Shown piece after piece: positions 62,880 through 64,000 of a stretch of 64,000 nucleotides of DNA (its first letter is position 1; each line of letters opens with the position of its first letter). Location: assembly GCA_964187785.1 (NCBI GenBank), contig OZ076409.1, forward strand, positions 17,238,001 to 17,302,000, in the 5' to 3' direction. The DNA is from Amphiscolops sp. MND2022. Lineage: Eukaryota. The notes beneath the pieces were generated by a model, which saw only the letters and a list, made by a program, of their open reading frames with translations, did not search any database and had not been told where the DNA came from. The translations under genes and the position numbers were made by a program.

Positions 62880-64000
62880 CAAACTCACTCCTGAAAAAGC
62901 AACAGATAGATGTCCCACAGGTTTTCGAGAGTTATAAAGGTCTGGTTCAAACTATACTTGACAAATTTCACCCGGACCATCTAGTTCTCTGCGAGGTGCC
63001 TTTGATAAAAGAATCTGAAAGAAACAAAGTAAAAAATAGTCGTATCATGGAATACAATGAACTGATATCAAAGTTTGCTGAATCGGCAGATATCAGTACA
63101 AAACTGAGGGTACTGTCAGTGGCCAAGAGTATGCAGAGTTTCTCCAAAATGAATGATCTTTTCTATGATGAAATTCATTTCAATTATGAAACTGGGCTAA
63201 TTTTCCTTAAAAATGTACTACTATCAGCTCTTCTTACAACATCAAATGGGCTCCCGTCCGAGCAAAGACAGCACCACCAGACAAGATACCCTCATTAAAG
63301 ACAACAAATGTATTCTTATGGACAATACCGGTATCCGCAGCAAACTTACAATTATCTGTATTGTTTTAACACAGTTCTAATCAATGGGAGTTACTTGAAC
63401 TACGTTCCTGGTTCTAGACTACTAAATCATGGTTACCTTCCTTCTTCTCCTAACTGGAATGTCCGCGTACACAAGAGATGGAGACTCGGACACATTCTAC
63501 TTGTACTGTAAAAATATGAATGTTAATCCCCCAACAAACAATGTTTTTCGTACAGTAAGTTATGGGTTGAAATCCTTTTGAGATGAACAAAGTTTTTTGT
63601 ACAGCTTTTTGATAATGCTACAATCTGGTGAACTAAATCCTGGACCCTTGAATATATACAAGGAAGTCACAAAAAATTCAAAAAAAATGAGTGTAATCTA
63701 AAATTTTTCTTGTAAATTGCCAACGCATTGTACAGAAAAAGGGACAACTAGAAGTAATAATGCAAGATCTTGGGGTAAACATTGTCTATGGCATCTCTGA
63801 AACCTGATTGAAAAGAGACAATGGAGCCCCTTTCTGGGAGCTCAACAAAGACAACTTCAAAACTTTCCGATCCGATAGAAAAATGATGAGTAAGAATAAA
63901 GGTGGTGGAGTAATGCTTTTTGTACCCAAATCTCTGAATTCTAAAGTTCGTAAAGATATAAACTATTTGGATAAGGAATCATTTGAAAGCCTATGGGTTG
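62880..64000 (+). mobile_element. Decayed CR1/L2-type non-LTR retrotransposon: esterase-like ORF1 remnant and start of ORF2 APE endonuclease (from ~63700), in a syntenin intron
   Basis: ORF1 ...LVLCEVP...IMEYNELI...LFYDEIHFNYETG (SGNH-like DxxH); ORF2 IFLVNCQRI...GISET*L...FRSDR...GGGVMLFV...FESLWV with TGA at 63805 in place of the conserved W; left boundary approximate. Confidence 0.8.

Noticed and set aside
63805..63807. In-frame TGA at a Trp position suggesting an alternative genetic code
   Set aside because: Host genes use TGA as stop and TGG for Trp; this is a decayed LINE

Overview
AT-rich metazoan nuclear DNA with nine conserved protein-coding genes, all on the + strand: BCCIP (5'-partial), a CHD6-9/kismet-type chromatin remodeller (~3600 aa), CHK1, RGP1, PNO1, DOLPP1, DNAJC5 (cysteine string protein), TBC1D22 and syntenin (3'-partial). 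Exon structures were reconstructed by hand from splice signals and reading-frame phase. Large introns and some spacers hold nested non-autonomous elements (two Helentron/HINE-like families, hAT-type and pogo/Tigger-type MITEs, a long degenerate repeat), a decayed Polinton/Maverick capsid plus protease module and a decayed CR1/L2-type LINE. Two patterns stand out. (1) Each of the eight genes with a visible start has a splice-acceptor-like site just upstream of the ATG, and several spacers are short, as expected for an operon-like cluster resolved by trans-splicing. (2) TE-free introns and the intergenic spacers are tiled with hairpins and multibranch helices, many using G-U pairs on the sense strand, which suggests selection on pre-mRNA folding. 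Several candidate ncRNAs lie in these structured regions but need covariance-model tests. All helices were found by eye; no folding or database search was run.
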